From assembly GCA_016793065.1 (NCBI GenBank), contig JAEULV010000112.1:6279-30278 (forward strand): DNA of 24,000 nt, written 5' to 3'. Made by a program: the position numbers and the translations under genes. Positions 1 through 9,262 of the stretch are shown in pieces. Positions within the stretch are counted from its first letter, which is position 1, and each line of letters opens with the position of its first letter. This DNA is from Hyphomicrobiaceae bacterium (GTDB taxonomy: Bacteria > Pseudomonadota > Alphaproteobacteria > Rhizobiales > Ancalomicrobiaceae). The notes under the pieces were generated by a model. The model searched no databases. It was not told where the DNA came from and was given only the letters and a program-made list of their open reading frames with translations.

Positions 1-581
1 CCGAACTGGTGCGGAAATGGCAGAAGAGCCAGAATCTGGTGGCGCCAAGCACGTTGCCAGTTTTGTGGGAGCGGCATATCGCCGATTCGTTTCAGGTCCA
101 TGCGCTGCGGCTGGAGGTGTCGGATTGGCTGGATATCGGATCCGGTGCCGGGTTTCCGGGGTTGGTGACGGCGATCGCGCTGGCGGACCGACCCGGAGCC
201 CGGGTTCGGCTGGTGGAAAGCAATTCCGGCAAGGCGGCATTTTTGCGCACTGTGGCGCGGGAAACCGGTGCGCCGGCCGAAGTGATCTGCGAGCGAATTG
301 AAAAAGCCATCCCGCGAATCGTTTCGGCACCGCCACAAGCAATATCGGCCCGGGCCCTGGCGTCGCTTGCGGCGCTGCTGGACCTGGTGGAGCCGCTGAC
401 GGCGCTGAATGTGCCGTGCGTTTTCCACAAGGGACAAGATTTTGCGTCGGAGTTGCGTGAAGCTACTCTATCTTGGGACATCGATCTGATACAACATTCG
501 AGCAAGGTCAATTCCGAAGGCGTGCTCGTGGATATCTCACGGGCCGTGCGCCGACCCAAACTCTCCCAGATCGGAGCTTGA
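1..581 (+). CDS. rsmG: 16S rRNA (guanine527-N7)-methyltransferase RsmG/GidB, 5' end cut by the window edge
   Basis: ORF 9..581 translates to ...LVAPSTLPVLWERHIADS...DIGSGAGFPGLV...LVESNSGKAAFLR, the RsmG SAM-binding core. It sits directly upstream of parAB, which is the classic gidB-parA-parB order. The GTG at position 9 is probably internal, because RsmG normally has about 20 more N-terminal residues. The TGA stop is at 579-581. Confidence 0.85.
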   Translation, partial: ELVRKWQKSQNLVAPSTLPVLWERHIADSFQVHALRLEVSDWLDIGSGAGFPGLVTAIALADRPGARVRLVESNSGKAAFLRTVARETGAPAEVICERIEKAIPRIVSAPPQAISARALASLAALLDLVEPLTALNVPCVFHKGQDFASELREATLSWDIDLIQHSSKVNSEGVLVDISRAVRRPKLSQIGA

Positions 582-583
582 TA

Positions 584-1423
584 ATGACCGCGCTGCCGTC
601 TCATCCGAGGGTTCTGTCGCTCGCCAACCAAAAGGGCGGCGTCGGCAAGACCACGACAGCCATCAATCTCGGCACCGCGCTGGCGGCGATCGGGGAAGAA
701 GTGCTGATCATCGACCTCGATCCGCAGGGCAATGCGTCGACCGGGCTTGGCATCGATCGGCGGTCGCGCAAGGTCTCGACCTATGACGTGCTGGTCGGCG
801 AGGCGCGGCTGGATGAGGCACTGGTGGAGACCGCCGTTCCCCGGCTGTGGGTGGCGCCGTCGACGCTGGATCTGCTCGGGGTCGAGTTGGAGATTGCCCA
901 TACCAGCGACCGGGCGTTCCGGCTGCGCAAGGCCATCGCCGAGTATGCGGCGCGGGTGGCGGATGCCCGCGAGGGCACCGGGCTGCCGCGCATCTCGTAT
1001 GTGCTGGTTGATTGCCCGCCGTCGCTGAACCTGTTGACGATCAATGCCATGTCGGCGTCGCATTCGGTGCTGGTGCCGCTGCAGTGCGAGTTCTTCGCGC
1101 TGGAAGGTCTGTCGCAGCTGTTGTCGACGGTGGAGCAGGTCAAGGGCTCGCTCAACAAGGAGCTGAGCATCCACGGCATCGTGCTGACGATGTATGACGC
1201 GCGCAACAATCTCTCCAGCCAGGTGGTGGCGGATGTGCGCGAACATATGGGGTCGGCGGTGTATGACACGGTGATCCCGCGCAATGTCCGGGTCTCCGAG
1301 GCGCCGTCCTATGGCAAGCCGGCGTTGCTCTACGATCTGAAGTGCTCGGGCAGCCAGGCCTATCTGCGGCTGGCGTCGGAGATCATTCAGCGGGAAAAGC
1401 GGCTGAGGGCCGACGCGGCGTGA
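584..1423 (+). CDS. parA: Chromosome partitioning ATPase ParA (Soj)
   Basis: The ATG at 584 lies 2 nt after the rsmG stop. The N-terminus MTALPSHPRVLSLANQKGGVGKTTTAINLG carries the deviant Walker A motif KGGVGKTT. Also present are VLVDCPPSLNLLT and IPRNVRVSEAPSYGKP. The ORF track extends to 473, but that upstream part overlaps rsmG. Confidence 0.93.
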   Translation: MTALPSHPRVLSLANQKGGVGKTTTAINLGTALAAIGEEVLIIDLDPQGNASTGLGIDRRSRKVSTYDVLVGEARLDEALVETAVPRLWVAPSTLDLLGVELEIAHTSDRAFRLRKAIAEYAARVADAREGTGLPRISYVLVDCPPSLNLLTINAMSASHSVLVPLQCEFFALEGLSQLLSTVEQVKGSLNKELSIHGIVLTMYDARNNLSSQVVADVREHMGSAVYDTVIPRNVRVSEAPSYGKPALLYDLKCSGSQAYLRLASEIIQREKRLRADAA

Positions 1424-1494
1424 GCTTCGGGGTCACTGACGGGCGAACCGGCAGTGCGGCTCGATCAACGCAAGCGGCGGGCGATCGGGCCAGG

Positions 1495-1522
1495 TTGACT
1501 TTCAATTCGCTTCCGGAATGAT
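1495..1522 (+). promoter_or_regulatory. Possible sigma-70-type promoter in the parA-parB spacer
   Basis: TTGACT (1495-1500), a 16-nt spacer, then AATGAT (1517-1522), about 35-45 nt upstream of the parB start codons. This is a motif match only. Confidence 0.25.
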
Positions 1523-1555
1523 CGCATCAGGCCGGAACTGTTGGCGTGATGCGGG

Positions 1556-2437
1556 GTGGGGATGATGATGGCTGACGAGCGTAGGCGCCTGGGGCGTGGG
1601 TTGGCGGCATTGCTGGGGGACTCCGAGCCGGAGGCGACGGTTGTCGAGCGGGCGAAGCTGCAGCGGCGGGTGCCGATCGAGTTCGTTCGCGCCAATCCGC
1701 GCAATCCGCGTCGGTTCTTTCAGGAAGACGAGCTGAACGAGCTGGCGGCCTCGATCAAGGAAAAGGGCATCATCCAGCCGATCCTGGTGCGGCCGGTGGC
1801 GGGGCAGGCGGATCGCTACGAGATCATCGCCGGCGAACGGCGCTGGCGGGCGGCGCAGCGCGCCGGGCTGCATGAGGTGCCGGTGCTGGTGAACGACTTC
1901 ACCGACAAGGAAGCGCTGGAAATCGCCATCATCGAAAATGTCCAGCGCGCCGATCTGAATGCGCTGGAAGAGGCCTATGGCTATGACCAGCTGATCGCCG
2001 AATTCGACTACACCCAGAACGACCTGGCGCAGGTGATCGGCAAGAGCCGCAGCCATGTGGCCAACACGCTGCGGCTTTTGAAGCTGCCGTCCAAGGTGCA
2101 GGACTACGTCAAGGACGGCCGGCTGACGGCCGGTCACGCCCGGGCGCTGATCACGGCGGAAAACCCGGAGGCGATCGCCGAGCGGATCGTCGAGCAGGGG
2201 CTGTCGGTGCGCGATGCGGAGCAGATCGCTCAGGAACCGAAGATCGGCAAGGACAAGAAGTCGGGCCGGCCGCGCAAGTTCAAGGATGCCGATACCGAAG
2301 CGCTGGAAAAGAGCCTGTCGGACATGCTGGGGCTGCTGGTGTCGATCGAGCACCGCGACAATGGCGGCGAGATGCGGATCAAGTATCGGACGCTGGAGCA
2401 GCTGGACGAACTGGTCCGGCGGCTGCAAAACGGCTGA
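1556..2437 (+). CDS. parB: Chromosome partitioning protein ParB (Spo0J), parS-binding CTPase family
   Basis: The sequence includes RRRLGRGLAALLG, then VPIEFVRANPRNPRR, IQPILVRP and YEIIAGERRWRAAQRAGL (the ParB box / GERR motif). An HTH region follows (QNDLAQVIGKSRSHVANTLRLLKLP). The real start is probably one of the ATGs at 1562/1565/1568 (SD-like GGGGA at 1558-1562), not the GTG at 1556. Confidence 0.93.
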   Translation: MGMMMADERRRLGRGLAALLGDSEPEATVVERAKLQRRVPIEFVRANPRNPRRFFQEDELNELAASIKEKGIIQPILVRPVAGQADRYEIIAGERRWRAAQRAGLHEVPVLVNDFTDKEALEIAIIENVQRADLNALEEAYGYDQLIAEFDYTQNDLAQVIGKSRSHVANTLRLLKLPSKVQDYVKDGRLTAGHARALITAENPEAIAERIVEQGLSVRDAEQIAQEPKIGKDKKSGRPRKFKDADTEALEKSLSDMLGLLVSIEHRDNGGEMRIKYRTLEQLDELVRRLQNG

Positions 2438-2446
2438 CGCCGACGC

Positions 2447-2462
2447 GGATTCGCGTGAAACC
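2447..2462. promoter_or_regulatory. Degenerate parS-like site (GGATTCGCGTGAAACC)
   Basis: It matches the canonical parS TGTTTCACGTGAAACA at 12 of 16 positions, or 12 of 14 in the core. The right half-site CGTGAAAC is perfect. It lies 10 nt after the parB stop and contains a GANTC (GATTC) site. Confidence 0.3.
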
Positions 2463-2467
2463 CTCGA

Positions 2468-2506
2468 CGCCGCCCGCCGGGATGCCCCCGCCGGGCGGCG
2501 TTTTGC
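2468..2506 (+). terminator. Rho-independent terminator of parB
   Basis: GC-rich hairpin CGCCGCCCG...CGGGCGGCG (2469-2500) followed by TTTTGCGTT, 30 nt after the parB stop. Confidence 0.7.
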
Positions 2507-2604
2507 GTTGGGCTGGGGCCTTGGAGGGGTGCGAGGCGAGGCGGACAGGTTGGCTCGACTGCATCGGAGACCGAAGCTGGACCGTCTGCGGATCGAGTTG
2601 GCCT

Positions 2605-2696
2605 CGAAACGGGTTGAGTCGGACTCGAAACGGAGCGCGTCTTCACTCCAAGCCGTTAAATACCGGCGTCGAAACGAGGGAGATTCGGCCGAAACG
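2605..2696. repeat. Four phased copies of CGAAACG (YCGAAACGR) in the parB / membrane-protein convergent spacer
   Basis: Copies lie at 2605-2611, 2626-2632, 2670-2676 and 2690-2696. Spacings are 21, 44 and 20 bp, roughly multiples of two helical turns. The function is unknown. Confidence 0.5.
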
Positions 2697-2836
2697 GTTG
2701 GCTTGCGCGCCGGAGCCCTGATCATCCGAGGTCGGATTGGGCGCCTGCCGCTGTCGCGCGGGTGTTGACGGCGGGGTGATAGACGCTGTTTCTGGCTTGA
2801 ACGCACGGGCGGCGGTCGCGACCCACCCCCATCCGT

Positions 2837-4267
2837 TCAATTGCCGGCGCGCTTGACGATGACATAGCCATTGCCGGTGGGGATGACGGTCGGCTTCAGT
2901 TCGGGCTTGATGTCGAAGCCGAAACGCTCGCCGAGGACGGCGGTATCGGGAAGGTTGGCGTCCTCGGTCCAGACATGAACGACATAGGCGAGGACCGGGC
3001 AGGCGGGGCCGGTATAGTCGGGGGCCTTGCCGTCGCGGGTGACGGCGAAGGTTGCCTCGGGCAGGCCGGTGGCCATGGCGAGGCCGAACCGCCAGGGGTG
3101 GTTCTGCTCGGCGCGGAACGGGCGGTTGACCTTGATCGACCCGGCCGGGCAACCGGCGCCGAGGGTTCTGACGATGTCGGCGCCTTTCCAGGCGAACTTG
3201 TTGGCGACGAACTGGATGCCGGTGAAGCTGCCGATGGCGGCGAGCAGCAGCAGCGTGATCGCGGCGATCTGCCGGGTCTGGCGGTCGGCGCCGGCGGCGA
3301 GGCCGAAGGCGAGGGCGGTGGTGAAGATCGGGGCGCCGACATAGAGATAGCGGGTGGTGAGGATCGGCTTGGCGAAGGATGCCAGCGCCGGCAGCAGGAT
3401 GAACAGGGCGATGGCGATGGCGGCGAGGACGGCCGGCGGTTTGGTCGCCGGGTCCTTGGCCATGACCAGTAGGGCGACGATGACGAAGGGCAGCAGCGCC
3501 AGCGTGCCGAGGACGAAATCGGCGAAGGAAAACACCTGCAGGATGCCGCCGAGGACGCTGAACAGGATGTGGGAGACGAGGTAGGACGAGCCGAAATTCC
3601 ACACCAGCCAGCTGCCGGTGACGATGGTCGCGGCCGTGCCCATGGCGAGGGGGCCGGCCCAAAGGCGCGGGTTGCGGCGGGCGACGATCAGGGTGGCGGC
3701 GGCGAGGGCGCCGGCGGCGAGGCCGCCATAGAGGTGGGTCGCGGCGGCGAGGGCGCCAATCAGCGCCATTTGCCATGCGGGCAGCGGCCGGCGATCGGAC
3801 TGGATGGTGTCGAACGAGGCCCAGGCGGCGGCAAGCACTGCGGCGAGCGCCGGCCCGTAGACGCGCAGTTCAAGGCCGAAGGCGATTACCGGCGCGGAGA
3901 TCAGGAACACGGCGACGGCGACGGCGGCTTCCAGCGTCCGGTCGGTGCGGATGCCACGGGCGACGACAAAGGCGGCGGCGGCGAGGAAGCAGGCTTCGTT
4001 GATCAGGCGGCCGGCGAGACTCGAGTCGATACCGAGACGACGGACAAGGGAGAGCAGGCTGAAATAGCTCGGCAGATTGCTGTCGGGGGCAATGCGATCC
4101 CAGAAGACCGTGGCGAAGGGCAGGGCGGGATCCGAGGCCCAGATGCTGAAATACTCGTCCCACCACAGGGCGTTGACCGTCGATGCGGCTTGCAGGGCGG
4201 CGAAATGGGCGACGATGCCGGCGATCAAAATCAGCAGCCAGGTCTGATTCTTGGTGTCAATCTGCAT
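2837..4267 (-). CDS. Polytopic inner-membrane protein, probable GT-C fold (ArnT/PMT-like, GT39/GT83-type) glycosyltransferase with a soluble C-terminal domain
   Basis: The 476-aa ORF has about 10-12 hydrophobic segments. It has an acidic motif in the first extracytoplasmic loop (ALWWDEYFSIW) like the DE/DExRY motif of GT-C enzymes, and a roughly 100-aa non-hydrophobic C-terminus. GC3-rich codon usage supports coding. The family assignment comes from motif and topology only. Confidence 0.55.
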   Translation of the reverse strand: MQIDTKNQTWLLILIAGIVAHFAALQAASTVNALWWDEYFSIWASDPALPFATVFWDRIAPDSNLPSYFSLLSLVRRLGIDSSLAGRLINEACFLAAAAFVVARGIRTDRTLEAAVAVAVFLISAPVIAFGLELRVYGPALAAVLAAAWASFDTIQSDRRPLPAWQMALIGALAAATHLYGGLAAGALAAATLIVARRNPRLWAGPLAMGTAATIVTGSWLVWNFGSSYLVSHILFSVLGGILQVFSFADFVLGTLALLPFVIVALLVMAKDPATKPPAVLAAIAIALFILLPALASFAKPILTTRYLYVGAPIFTTALAFGLAAGADRQTRQIAAITLLLLAAIGSFTGIQFVANKFAWKGADIVRTLGAGCPAGSIKVNRPFRAEQNHPWRFGLAMATGLPEATFAVTRDGKAPDYTGPACPVLAYVVHVWTEDANLPDTAVLGERFGFDIKPELKPTVIPTGNGYVIVKRAGN

Positions 4268-4425
4268 CGCGTCCTCTTGGCTCGGCTCGAGCCGGGCGGC
4301 GCCTGCCCCGATAGGTGGCAGGCCGGCCGATGGCTCGACGCAGGCAAGCTAGCCAAGAATGTTGAGGATTTGATTGACTGGGTCGCGGCTGTCGAACCGG
4401 GCGGACCGGCGGTGCGCCAATGGCG

Positions 4426-5469
4426 TCAGCCACGCGCCTTGCCGGCCGCCGCGGCGCGGGCGATGGTGAGGAACGCCTCCGAAACGATCGTTGCTTCGAG
4501 TCGTCCGGAGGCGAGCCGAGAGCGGGCGGCGGTGTCGTGCAGGATGGCGAGGGCGCGGTCGAGGCGGGGGGCGGACCACAGGGCGAGCTGGGCGAGGACG
4601 TTGGGGCGGCGCTTGTAGAAGATCGGCGGCTGGGCGCGCTCGACCAGGTCGGCGGCGCGGCGGCCGGCGTCGATTTCGGCGCGGAGACGCTGCAGCAGCA
4701 GGAAATGCCGCTCGGCCTGGGCCGCGACGACGGAGCCGGGCATGGCGATGGAGGGAAGCTTGACCATGCCGGTCTCGACGGCGCGGAGATCGCCGCCGGC
4801 GACGGCGTCGATCAGCTGATCGACGGCGAAAGCCGAGACGTCGCCGAGGATCGCCTCGACATCGGCGAGTTCGATGCGGTCGCGGCCCTGGCAATAGAGG
4901 CAGAGCTTGCGCACCTCGCCACGGGAGGCAAGGCGGTCGCCGCCGATGAGGTCGACGAGGGCATCGACGGATTCACGGGAAACGGCGAGGCCATGGGCCT
5001 TGGCCTCGGCCTCGATCATGGTGCGCAGGGTGCGCTCGTCGTCGGCGTAGCAGGGGATGGCGATGGCGCGGGGGTGATCCTCGATCAGGCCGCGCAGGCC
5101 GGCGTTTTTCTTGAGATCGCCGGCTTCCAGCACGATCAGCGTGTCGCGCGGCAGCTTGTCGAGCAGCGGCGCGACGATCGGGGCAAGGTTGCGGCCGCCG
5201 ATATCGCGGACCCAGACGGTGCGGCCTCCGCCGAACATCGACACCGACAGGGCTTCGTCGGCGAGGCGGCCGGGATCGGAAGCGATCGATTCGGCATCGA
5301 TCCGAACGACAGAGAAATCGTCGAGCTTGCCGCCGGCGGCGGCCTTGACGATGGCGCGGCCGCGCTCGGAGACGAGGCCGTCATCCGGCCCGAAGACCAG
5401 CACTACGCCGACGCCCGGGTCGGGCTTGTCGATGAAGCGGGTGAGAGCGGGTTCCTTGAGCGCGGCCAT
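4426..5469 (-). CDS. holA: DNA polymerase III subunit delta
   Basis: This 347-aa protein begins MAALKEPALTRFIDKPDPGVGVVLVFGPDDGLVSERGRAIV. It has the length and N-terminal clamp-loader delta pattern of HolA and follows lptE and leuS, the conserved leuS-lptE-holA order. GGAG lies 7 nt upstream of the ATG. Confidence 0.85.
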   Translation of the reverse strand: MAALKEPALTRFIDKPDPGVGVVLVFGPDDGLVSERGRAIVKAAAGGKLDDFSVVRIDAESIASDPGRLADEALSVSMFGGGRTVWVRDIGGRNLAPIVAPLLDKLPRDTLIVLEAGDLKKNAGLRGLIEDHPRAIAIPCYADDERTLRTMIEAEAKAHGLAVSRESVDALVDLIGGDRLASRGEVRKLCLYCQGRDRIELADVEAILGDVSAFAVDQLIDAVAGGDLRAVETGMVKLPSIAMPGSVVAAQAERHFLLLQRLRAEIDAGRRAADLVERAQPPIFYKRRPNVLAQLALWSAPRLDRALAILHDTAARSRLASGRLEATIVSEAFLTIARAAAAGKARG

Positions 5470-5798
5470 CGGGGCTCCGGTGCGAAGCGGGAGACCCTTG
5501 GTAGCCCAGGCCGTCGGCGCGGGAAAGCGGATTGTGGTCCTTCGCCGTGCCGCGACAGGATCCCGGTTGATATCAGAGGCCGCTGGCGCTGGCGCGCCGG
5601 CCTGTGAAGGCGTGCGAATTTCTCATCTGCATCAGCGGCATGGGAAATTCGCGTCAGGAATACCATCGGTCCTTTTCAATGCCCAATGGCATGACGTGCC
5701 CGGCATCGTTCAGCACTCGTTGCGGCCTGAGATGGCGCGCGGATGGGTGGGGACTTGCACGGGGCAGGCGGCAATGGGCCTGCCGAGTGTCCGGACAT

Positions 5799-5842
5799 GA
5801 AAAACCCCGGATATCGAGTCGCGGGCGAAACGATATCCGGGG
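5799..5842 (-). terminator. Rho-independent terminator after lptE
   Basis: On the minus strand: CCCCGGATATCG (5842-5831), a 14-nt loop, CGATATCCGGGG (5816-5805), then TTTTTC. It lies 27 nt after the lptE stop and has a perfect 12-bp stem. Confidence 0.8.
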
Positions 5843-5868
5843 GATCAGATCGGGACGATGCGCCGGCG

Positions 5869-6432
5869 TCAGCTCTTGCGGGTGGCGAAGTAGCTGGCGA
5901 TCTTGGCCTTCATGTCCTCGGCGATCACCGTGACGGCGCGGTTTTCGGCGTCGCGGCGGGCGCGGACGTTGGCGAAGCGCTGGGCGGAGAAGTCGAACGA
6001 GGCGTTGGCGAAGCTGGTGCCGGTGGTGAGGGTGCGGCCGGTGCCGATCTCGATCAGGGTGAACGAGGCGGTGAGCTGCAGGATATAGGCGGCCGGGGTG
6101 TCGGCGAGCCGCTCGACGCCGACGGCGGTGGACAGGTCGGTGAGGCGGACCTCGACGCGATAGGTCGGATTGCCGGCCTCGGCGCCGCCGGTGAAGGCGA
6201 AGATCAGCTCGTTGCGCAGGCGCTGCTCGACGCGGGTGTCGACGACGTCGAGCTGGATCTGCGACAGCTGTGCCGACGGTCCGGGCTGGCCCGAGGGACC
6301 CGAGCCGTAGAGCGGGCGAACGCCGGTGCAGCCGGTGGCGCCGACCGCCACCAGGGCGGAGAGGATCGCGACCTTGGGCCAGGTCAGGCGGCGCACGGCG
6401 AGGCGGGCGGTCGAGGGGTCAGGCAACGACAT
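5869..6432 (-). CDS. lptE: LPS-assembly lipoprotein LptE (RlpB)
   Basis: This 187-aa protein has a signal peptide and lipobox ([13 protein letters not shown]). It lies immediately downstream of leuS, with a 14-nt overlap or a slightly later start, and upstream of holA. Confidence 0.75.
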   Translation of the reverse strand: MSLPDPSTARLAVRRLTWPKVAILSALVAVGATGCTGVRPLYGSGPSGQPGPSAQLSQIQLDVVDTRVEQRLRNELIFAFTGGAEAGNPTYRVEVRLTDLSTAVGVERLADTPAAYILQLTASFTLIEIGTGRTLTTGTSFANASFDFSAQRFANVRARRDAENRAVTVIAEDMKAKIASYFATRKS

Positions 6433-9046
6433 TCACGATCCTCTGCGGAACGACGATGATCTTCTTCGGCGTCTTGCCCTCGAGCGCCTTGACGACGGCG
6501 TCGAGCGCCAGCACGGCGGCCTGGACCTCGGCGACATCGGCGGCGCGGGCGACGGTGACGTCGGCGCGCTTCTTGCCGTTGATCTGCACCGGCAAGGTGA
6601 TCGTGTCGTCGATCACCAGGCTGGAATCAGTTTGCGGCCAGGGCGTGTTGACGATCATGTCACGATGGCCGAGCGATTCCCAGCAGGCCTCGGCCAGGTG
6701 CGGCATCATCGGGGCGATGGCGATGGCGAGGAATTCGAAGCCCTCGCGCAGGGCCGATTTCAGGCTGGCATCGCCGGCGGCGTCGCCGAGCGCCTTGTGC
6801 AAGGCGTTGGTCAATTCGTAGACGCGGGCGACGGCGCGGTTGAAGGCGAGCTTCTCGATGTCATCCTCGACCGCGGCGAGCGCCTTGTGGGCGGCCTTGC
6901 GGACGGCGATGGCGGCATCGGACCAGACGGGCGGCAACGCCGTGCCGGCGGGCGGGATGATCTCGGCGGCTTCCTGGGTCAGGCGCCAGACGCGCTGGAC
7001 GAAGCGGTGAGCGGCGTCGGCGCCGTCCTCGGTCCAGGCGACATCGCGTTCGGGCGGGCTGTCGGAGAGCATGAACCAGCGGGCGGTATCGGCGCCCCAG
7101 GTGGCGATGATCTCGTCGGGGTCGACGGTGTTCTTCAGCGACTTCGACATCTTCTCGACCGAGCCGATGCCGATCGTCTCGCCGGTCTGGCGATGGCGGG
7201 CATGGCGCTGGCCATTGTCGGTGAAGACCTCGACCTCGGCCGGCGATACCCAGTCGCCGGCGGCGGAGCGATAGGTCTCGTGCAGCACCATGCCCTGGGT
7301 GAACAGGCCGGCAAAGGGCTCGTCAAGGCCGAGATGGCCGGTCGCCTTCATGGCGCGGGCATAGAAGCGGGAATAGAGCAGATGCAGGATCGCGTGCTCG
7401 ATGCCGCCGATATACTGGTCGACCGGCAGCCAGCGGTCGACGACGGCGCGGGTCGTCGGTTCGGCCTCATTGAACGGGTCGGTGAAGCGGGCGAAATACC
7501 AGGAACTGTCGACGAAGGTGTCCATCGTGTCGGTTTCGCGTCGCGCCGGCTTGCCGCAAGCGGGGCAGGGGACGTGCTTCCAGGTCGGATGGTGGTCGAG
7601 CGGATTGCCCGGCTTGTCGAAGGTGGCATCGTCGGGCAGGCGCACCGGCAGGTCGGCGGCGGGCACGGGCACGGGGCCGCAATCCTCGCAATGGATGATC
7701 GGGATCGGGCAGCCCCAGTAGCGCTGGCGGGAGATGCCCCAGTCGCGCAGGCGGAAATTGGTCTGGCGCGCGGCTTGCGGCCGTCCGGCCAGCATCTGCG
7801 CCTCGAGCCGGGCGACGACGGCATCGAAGGCGGCGTCGGTCGACATCCCGTCGAGGAAACGGGAATTGACCATGACGCCGTCGCCGTCGAAGGCGGTGCC
7901 GGCCTCGATGGCGGCGAGCCCGGCGGCGCGGGCCGGCTCGTCGGCGGGCAGCACCACGGGCACGACCGGCAGGCCGTACTTGCGGGCGAAGTCGATGTCG
8001 CGCTGGTCGCCGGAGGGGCAGCCGAAAATGGCGCCGGTGCCGTATTCCATCAGGACGAAATTGGCGACCCAGACCGGGACCTTCCAGCTGGGATCGAGCG
8101 GGTGAACGGCGAAGACGCCGGTGTCGAAGCCCTTCTTCTCGGCGGTCTCGATGGTCTCGGCCGACGTGCCCATGCGCTTGCATTCGGCGACGAACTCGGC
8201 GAGCGCGGGATTGTTCGCGGCAAGGTTGGCGGCAAGCGGGTGATCGGGGGCGATCGCCATGAACGAGGCGCCGAACAGGGTGTCGGGCCGGGTGGTGTAG
8301 ATCTCGAGTTCATCGAAGCCGGCGGGGGCGCCGTCGAGCACCCAGCGCAGCTTCAGTCCCTCGGACTTGCCGATCCAGTTGCGCTGCATCAGGCGCACCT
8401 TGTCCGGCCAGCGGTCGAGGCGATCGAGCGCGGTGAGGAGGTCGTCGGCGAAGTCGGTGATCTTGAAGAACCACTGCGACAATTCGCGCTGCTCGACCAA
8501 GGCGCCGGAGCGCCAGCCGCGACCGTCGATCACCTGCTCGTTGGCGAGCACGGTCATGTCGACCGGGTCCCAGTTGACCTTGGACTTCTTGCGCTCGACC
8601 AGGCCGGCCTTGAAGAAGTCGGTGAACATCTTCTGCTGGTGGCGGTAATAATCCGGGGCGCAGGTGGCGACCTCGCGCGACCAGTCGATGGACAGGCCCA
8701 TGGTCTTCAGCTGGGCGCGCATGGTGGCGATGTTTTCGTAGGTCCACTTGGCGGGATGGACCTTCGACTTGATCGCGGCATTCTCGGCCGGCAGGCCGAA
8801 GGCGTCCCAGCCCATGGGGTGCAGCACGGCAAAGCCGCGGGCGCGCTTGTAGCGGGCAACCACGTCGCCCATGGTATAGTTGCGCACGTGGCCCATGTGG
8901 ATGCGGCCCGACGGGTAGGGGAACATCTCGAGCACGTAGTATTTCGGCCGGGTGTCGTCGTTCGAAAGCCGGAAGACGTCCGCTTCCGCCCAGGCGTTCC
9001 GCCACTTGGTTTCCGCTTCCCGGGGATTGTATCGCTCGATTGCCAT
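6419..9046 (-). CDS. leuS: Leucine--tRNA ligase
   Basis: This 875-aa protein has the class-I signatures [15 protein letters not shown] (HIGH-type) and [10 protein letters not shown] (KMSKS), plus a CP1 editing-domain-sized insertion. Confidence 0.97.
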   Translation of the reverse strand: MAIERYNPREAETKWRNAWAEADVFRLSNDDTRPKYYVLEMFPYPSGRIHMGHVRNYTMGDVVARYKRARGFAVLHPMGWDAFGLPAENAAIKSKVHPAKWTYENIATMRAQLKTMGLSIDWSREVATCAPDYYRHQQKMFTDFFKAGLVERKKSKVNWDPVDMTVLANEQVIDGRGWRSGALVEQRELSQWFFKITDFADDLLTALDRLDRWPDKVRLMQRNWIGKSEGLKLRWVLDGAPAGFDELEIYTTRPDTLFGASFMAIAPDHPLAANLAANNPALAEFVAECKRMGTSAETIETAEKKGFDTGVFAVHPLDPSWKVPVWVANFVLMEYGTGAIFGCPSGDQRDIDFARKYGLPVVPVVLPADEPARAAGLAAIEAGTAFDGDGVMVNSRFLDGMSTDAAFDAVVARLEAQMLAGRPQAARQTNFRLRDWGISRQRYWGCPIPIIHCEDCGPVPVPAADLPVRLPDDATFDKPGNPLDHHPTWKHVPCPACGKPARRETDTMDTFVDSSWYFARFTDPFNEAEPTTRAVVDRWLPVDQYIGGIEHAILHLLYSRFYARAMKATGHLGLDEPFAGLFTQGMVLHETYRSAAGDWVSPAEVEVFTDNGQRHARHRQTGETIGIGSVEKMSKSLKNTVDPDEIIATWGADTARWFMLSDSPPERDVAWTEDGADAAHRFVQRVWRLTQEAAEIIPPAGTALPPVWSDAAIAVRKAAHKALAAVEDDIEKLAFNRAVARVYELTNALHKALGDAAGDASLKSALREGFEFLAIAIAPMMPHLAEACWESLGHRDMIVNTPWPQTDSSLVIDDTITLPVQINGKKRADVTVARAADVAEVQAAVLALDAVVKALEGKTPKKIIVVPQRIVNVVA

Positions 9047-9262
9047 GGTCGCCGTCGGTTGGTGAGGCCGGTCGCGGGCGCTGCCGGCCTGGGGGGAAAG
9101 TCAAGCCCCGTTAGACCGGAAACGGTGGACGAGGTCAACGCGGGAAAAGCCGCGATGCGGCCAGTCGACCGGCGGATTCGGCGCGGCGTGGCGCGAATGC
9201 ATGGGCGGCAATTGCGCTTGATCTTTGACGAAGGCGGCGAGGGGCGCTAACCGTCTATTGGA

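Noticed and set aside
5403-5666. An 87-aa minus-strand ORF with an AAGGA SD-like sequence upstream of holA.
   Set aside because: Its first 20 codons have A/T-ending codons that are atypical for this genome. The rest is Arg/Pro-rich and overlaps the holA start out of frame. It is most likely non-coding promoter DNA.
6326-9250. A 974-aa ORF antisense to leuS. Similar long antisense or alternative-frame ORFs include 92-1246(-), 1502-2806(-), 2643-3776(-), 4420-5607(+), 14712-16007(+), 18332-19960(-) and 21364-23853(-).
   Set aside because: Their translations are Arg/Gly/Ala/Pro/Asp-rich low-complexity strings with no recognisable motifs. Each lies exactly opposite, or out of frame with, a gene that has unambiguous family signatures. 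Stop-free antisense frames are expected at this GC content.
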